Shown in pieces: positions 61,928 to 64,000 of a stretch of 64,000 nucleotides of DNA (positions are counted from its first letter, which is position 1; every line of letters begins with the position of its first letter). Location: NCBI GenBank assembly GCA_027317865.1, contig DAHVQG010000005.1, forward strand, positions 1 to 64,000, in the 5' to 3' direction. The notes beneath the pieces are model-generated. The model saw nothing but the letters and a program-made list of their open reading frames with translations, did not search any database and was not told the origin of the DNA. The stretch is from Bdellovibrionales bacterium. Its GTDB lineage: Bacteria; Bdellovibrionota; Bdellovibrionia; Bdellovibrionales; UBA1609. The position numbers and the translations under genes were made by a program.

Positions 61928-63241
61928 TTAAAGTTCACTATCTATTGGCGGTAAAATCCCAAGTTCTTTGTAAATCGGTCTAATTTTTTCACCAATCGAT
62001 GGTAGGATATGATAAAAAACAAAAGCCGCAATCGTGCAAGTAAAACCGCTGATAAAAAGGGTCGTGGGAGCCCCGTAATATTTTGCGATGGTTCCGGCAA
62101 AAAGGCTCCCAAACGGGACCATGCCGGCGACCGCCATTGCGTAAAGGCTCATCACTCGCCCGCGTTTATCCTCGTCGATTATGGTTTGTAAGATCGTGTT
62201 GCCGGCGGCCAGTTGAACCATTAGGCCCAATCCGACAAAGAAAATGAAAAACATTGAGATCAGCGGCAAGCGAGAAAGCGAAAAGCACATGAGGCCCACT
62301 CCAAGCGTGGCAGAAGCCATTACAATTACTCGTCCCAGACCAAGCACGGATGGTCGAGATGCCAAATAGAGCACTCCGCACAGGGCGCCCAAGCCGGCGA
62401 ATGCTGTAAGGTAGCCGAGCAAGGCCGCGTTACCGTGTAGGCGAGCCACAATCATTGGCAATATCACCATGTAAGGCAAACCCATAAAACTCGCAACGGC
62501 GAGCATAAGCAAAAGCACAAGAACCGGTCGAAACGAAATAGCGTAGCGCACGCCCTCGACGAGTTCGTGCCTGACGCGTTTTCTTTCGTGCGCATGTTTG
62601 ACCTGCGGCTTGATCCGCATCATGAATAGGCACGCAATCACAGCCAAGTAGCTGACCGCATCGATGGCAAAACAGCCGCCTTCACCAACTGTTGCAATGA
62701 GAATACCTGCAAATGACGGCCCCACAAGCCGCGCCATATTGACCATCGACGAGTTAAGCGCGATGGCATTGGGTAAGTCTTCGCGGGATTCAACCATTTG
62801 AATAACAAAAGCTTGGCGGGTGGGCATATCAAATGTGTTGATAAAGCCCTGAAAAACACTCAACGCAATGATGTCGGTTATCGTAATTTTTCCGCTAATG
62901 GTAAAAACCGCAAGCAGTGCGGATTGAATCATAAACAGGGTTTGCGTTAGTTTTAGAATGTGATGACGATTTAGTCGATCAACCCACACGCCAGCAACCG
63001 ATGCGAACAAGAACATCGGAATTTGCCCCGCAAAACTGACAAATCCCAACATAAATGCCGACTTCGTGAGGCGATAAACGAGCCAGCTTGTTGCCACCCT
63101 CGTCAGCCACGTACCAATAAGTGAAATACTTTGGCCCGTAAAAAAAAGCCGGTAATTGCGATGCTTGAGGGCGCGGCCAAAGCGCGCGCGGATGCTCGTT
63201 GACCAGTCGCTAAAAGCTGAAAATCGCGGGATAACTCGCAT
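61928..63241 (-). CDS. MFS transporter (H+ antiporter-like)
   Basis: RNYRLFFTGQSISLIGTW, DMPTRQAF, NAIALNS, RGRVMS; about 12 TMs. Confidence 0.93.
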   Translation of the reverse strand: MRVIPRFSAFSDWSTSIRARFGRALKHRNYRLFFTGQSISLIGTWLTRVATSWLVYRLTKSAFMLGFVSFAGQIPMFLFASVAGVWVDRLNRHHILKLTQTLFMIQSALLAVFTISGKITITDIIALSVFQGFINTFDMPTRQAFVIQMVESREDLPNAIALNSSMVNMARLVGPSFAGILIATVGEGGCFAIDAVSYLAVIACLFMMRIKPQVKHAHERKRVRHELVEGVRYAISFRPVLVLLLMLAVASFMGLPYMVILPMIVARLHGNAALLGYLTAFAGLGALCGVLYLASRPSVLGLGRVIVMASATLGVGLMCFSLSRLPLISMFFIFFVGLGLMVQLAAGNTILQTIIDEDKRGRVMSLYAMAVAGMVPFGSLFAGTIAKYYGAPTTLFISGFTCTIAAFVFYHILPSIGEKIRPIYKELGILPPIDSEL

Positions 63242-63260
63242 TTCAGAAGCTTAGCACCTT

Positions 63261-64000
63261 TTAAAGGCCTAGTTCACGAGCTATTAGTTCTTTCATAATC
63301 TCGTTACTGCCGCCATATACACGTTGTACGCGAGCATCGACGAAATAGCGGGATATCGGATATTCCCGCATGTAACCATAACCACCGAAAAGCTGCAGGC
63401 AATCATCGGCAACTTGAAATTGGGTTTCGGTAATCCAGTATTTTGCAATACTGACCTCTTTGACAAGTTTTTCGTTGTTCAGGTGCCGGACAATTAAGTC
63501 GTCTAAATAAGATTGAGCGAGTGAAACACGCGCTGCGGCTTCAGCCAATTTGAAGCGGGTATTTTGAAATTTCGAAAGTGGCTGCCCGAAGGCGTGCCGT
63601 GTTTTCACATATTCAACTGTGAGGTCTAGACTTCCGGCGGCGGCGGCGGCCGCGCCGATAGCCAGAACAAGCCGCTCTTGCTGAAGGTTTTGCATTAAAT
63701 ATTTGAAACCTTCATTTTCCTTTCCCAGCAAATTAGCTACGGGTACGCGGCAATCTTCAAAAAATATCTCGGAGGTGTCTTGAGCATGAAATCCAACTTT
63801 ATCGAGATTCTTGCCACGACTGAACCCTTTGCAATTCGAATCAACCAGAATAAGGCTGATACCCCGATGAGCCGGCTCGGCCTTTGGATCTGTGCGCACT
63901 GCGACCACGAACAAATCCGCGAGTTGTCCGTTACTGATGAAAGTCTTCGAGCCGTTTAAGACATAATAATCGCCGTCTCGGCGCGCTTCGGTCGTCAAAT
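63261..64000 (-). CDS. acyl-CoA dehydrogenase, 3' part (5' end outside window)
   Basis: LNGSKTFISNG, DTSEIFFED, QERL, FQNTRF, CLQLFGGYGYM, YGGSNEIMKE. Confidence 0.95.
   Translation of the reverse strand, partial: LTTEARRDGDYYVLNGSKTFISNGQLADLFVVAVRTDPKAEPAHRGISLILVDSNCKGFSRGKNLDKVGFHAQDTSEIFFEDCRVPVANLLGKENEGFKYLMQNLQQERLVLAIGAAAAAAGSLDLTVEYVKTRHAFGQPLSKFQNTRFKLAEAAARVSLAQSYLDDLIVRHLNNEKLVKEVSIAKYWITETQFQVADDCLQLFGGYGYMREYPISRYFVDARVQRVYGGSNEIMKELIARELGL

Overview
Gene-dense bacterial chromosome segment, most likely from a Bdellovibrionota-like predator. This is inferred from gene content (PhaR-N regulator, stand-alone mreB, LpoB/COG3014, A2-type caa3 operon, secreted hydrolases), not from a database match. 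The housekeeping backbone includes xseAB-ispA-tlyA, pepP, glpD, mreB, prkA-yeaH-spoVR, glnB-glnA, trmL-secA, the cytochrome c oxidase operon with ctaB/ctaA, maiA/FAH, mltA-purN and olsBA-like genes. The best candidate for an undescribed system is a three-gene cassette between ispA and tlyA (5755-8309). It encodes a Cyc2-like cytochrome-porin fusion, a monoheme c4-type cytochrome and a lipid-anchored triheme cytochrome with a Pro/Thr linker, i.e. a possible Fe(II)-oxidation or outer-membrane electron conduit. The second candidate is a FIST/PP2C/STAS/double-HATPase partner-switching cluster (49083-54480). Also seen: a probable 6S RNA hidden under a spurious ORF, tandem metalloprotease paralogs with a duplicated promoter, many apparently leaderless genes including a 17-bp bidirectional promoter, a GcvH-like protein lacking the lipoyl-lysine, a patatin pseudoenzyme, and hints of acid adaptation. 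No rRNA, tRNA, CRISPR array or mobile element was recognised. All calls come from motif recognition by eye.
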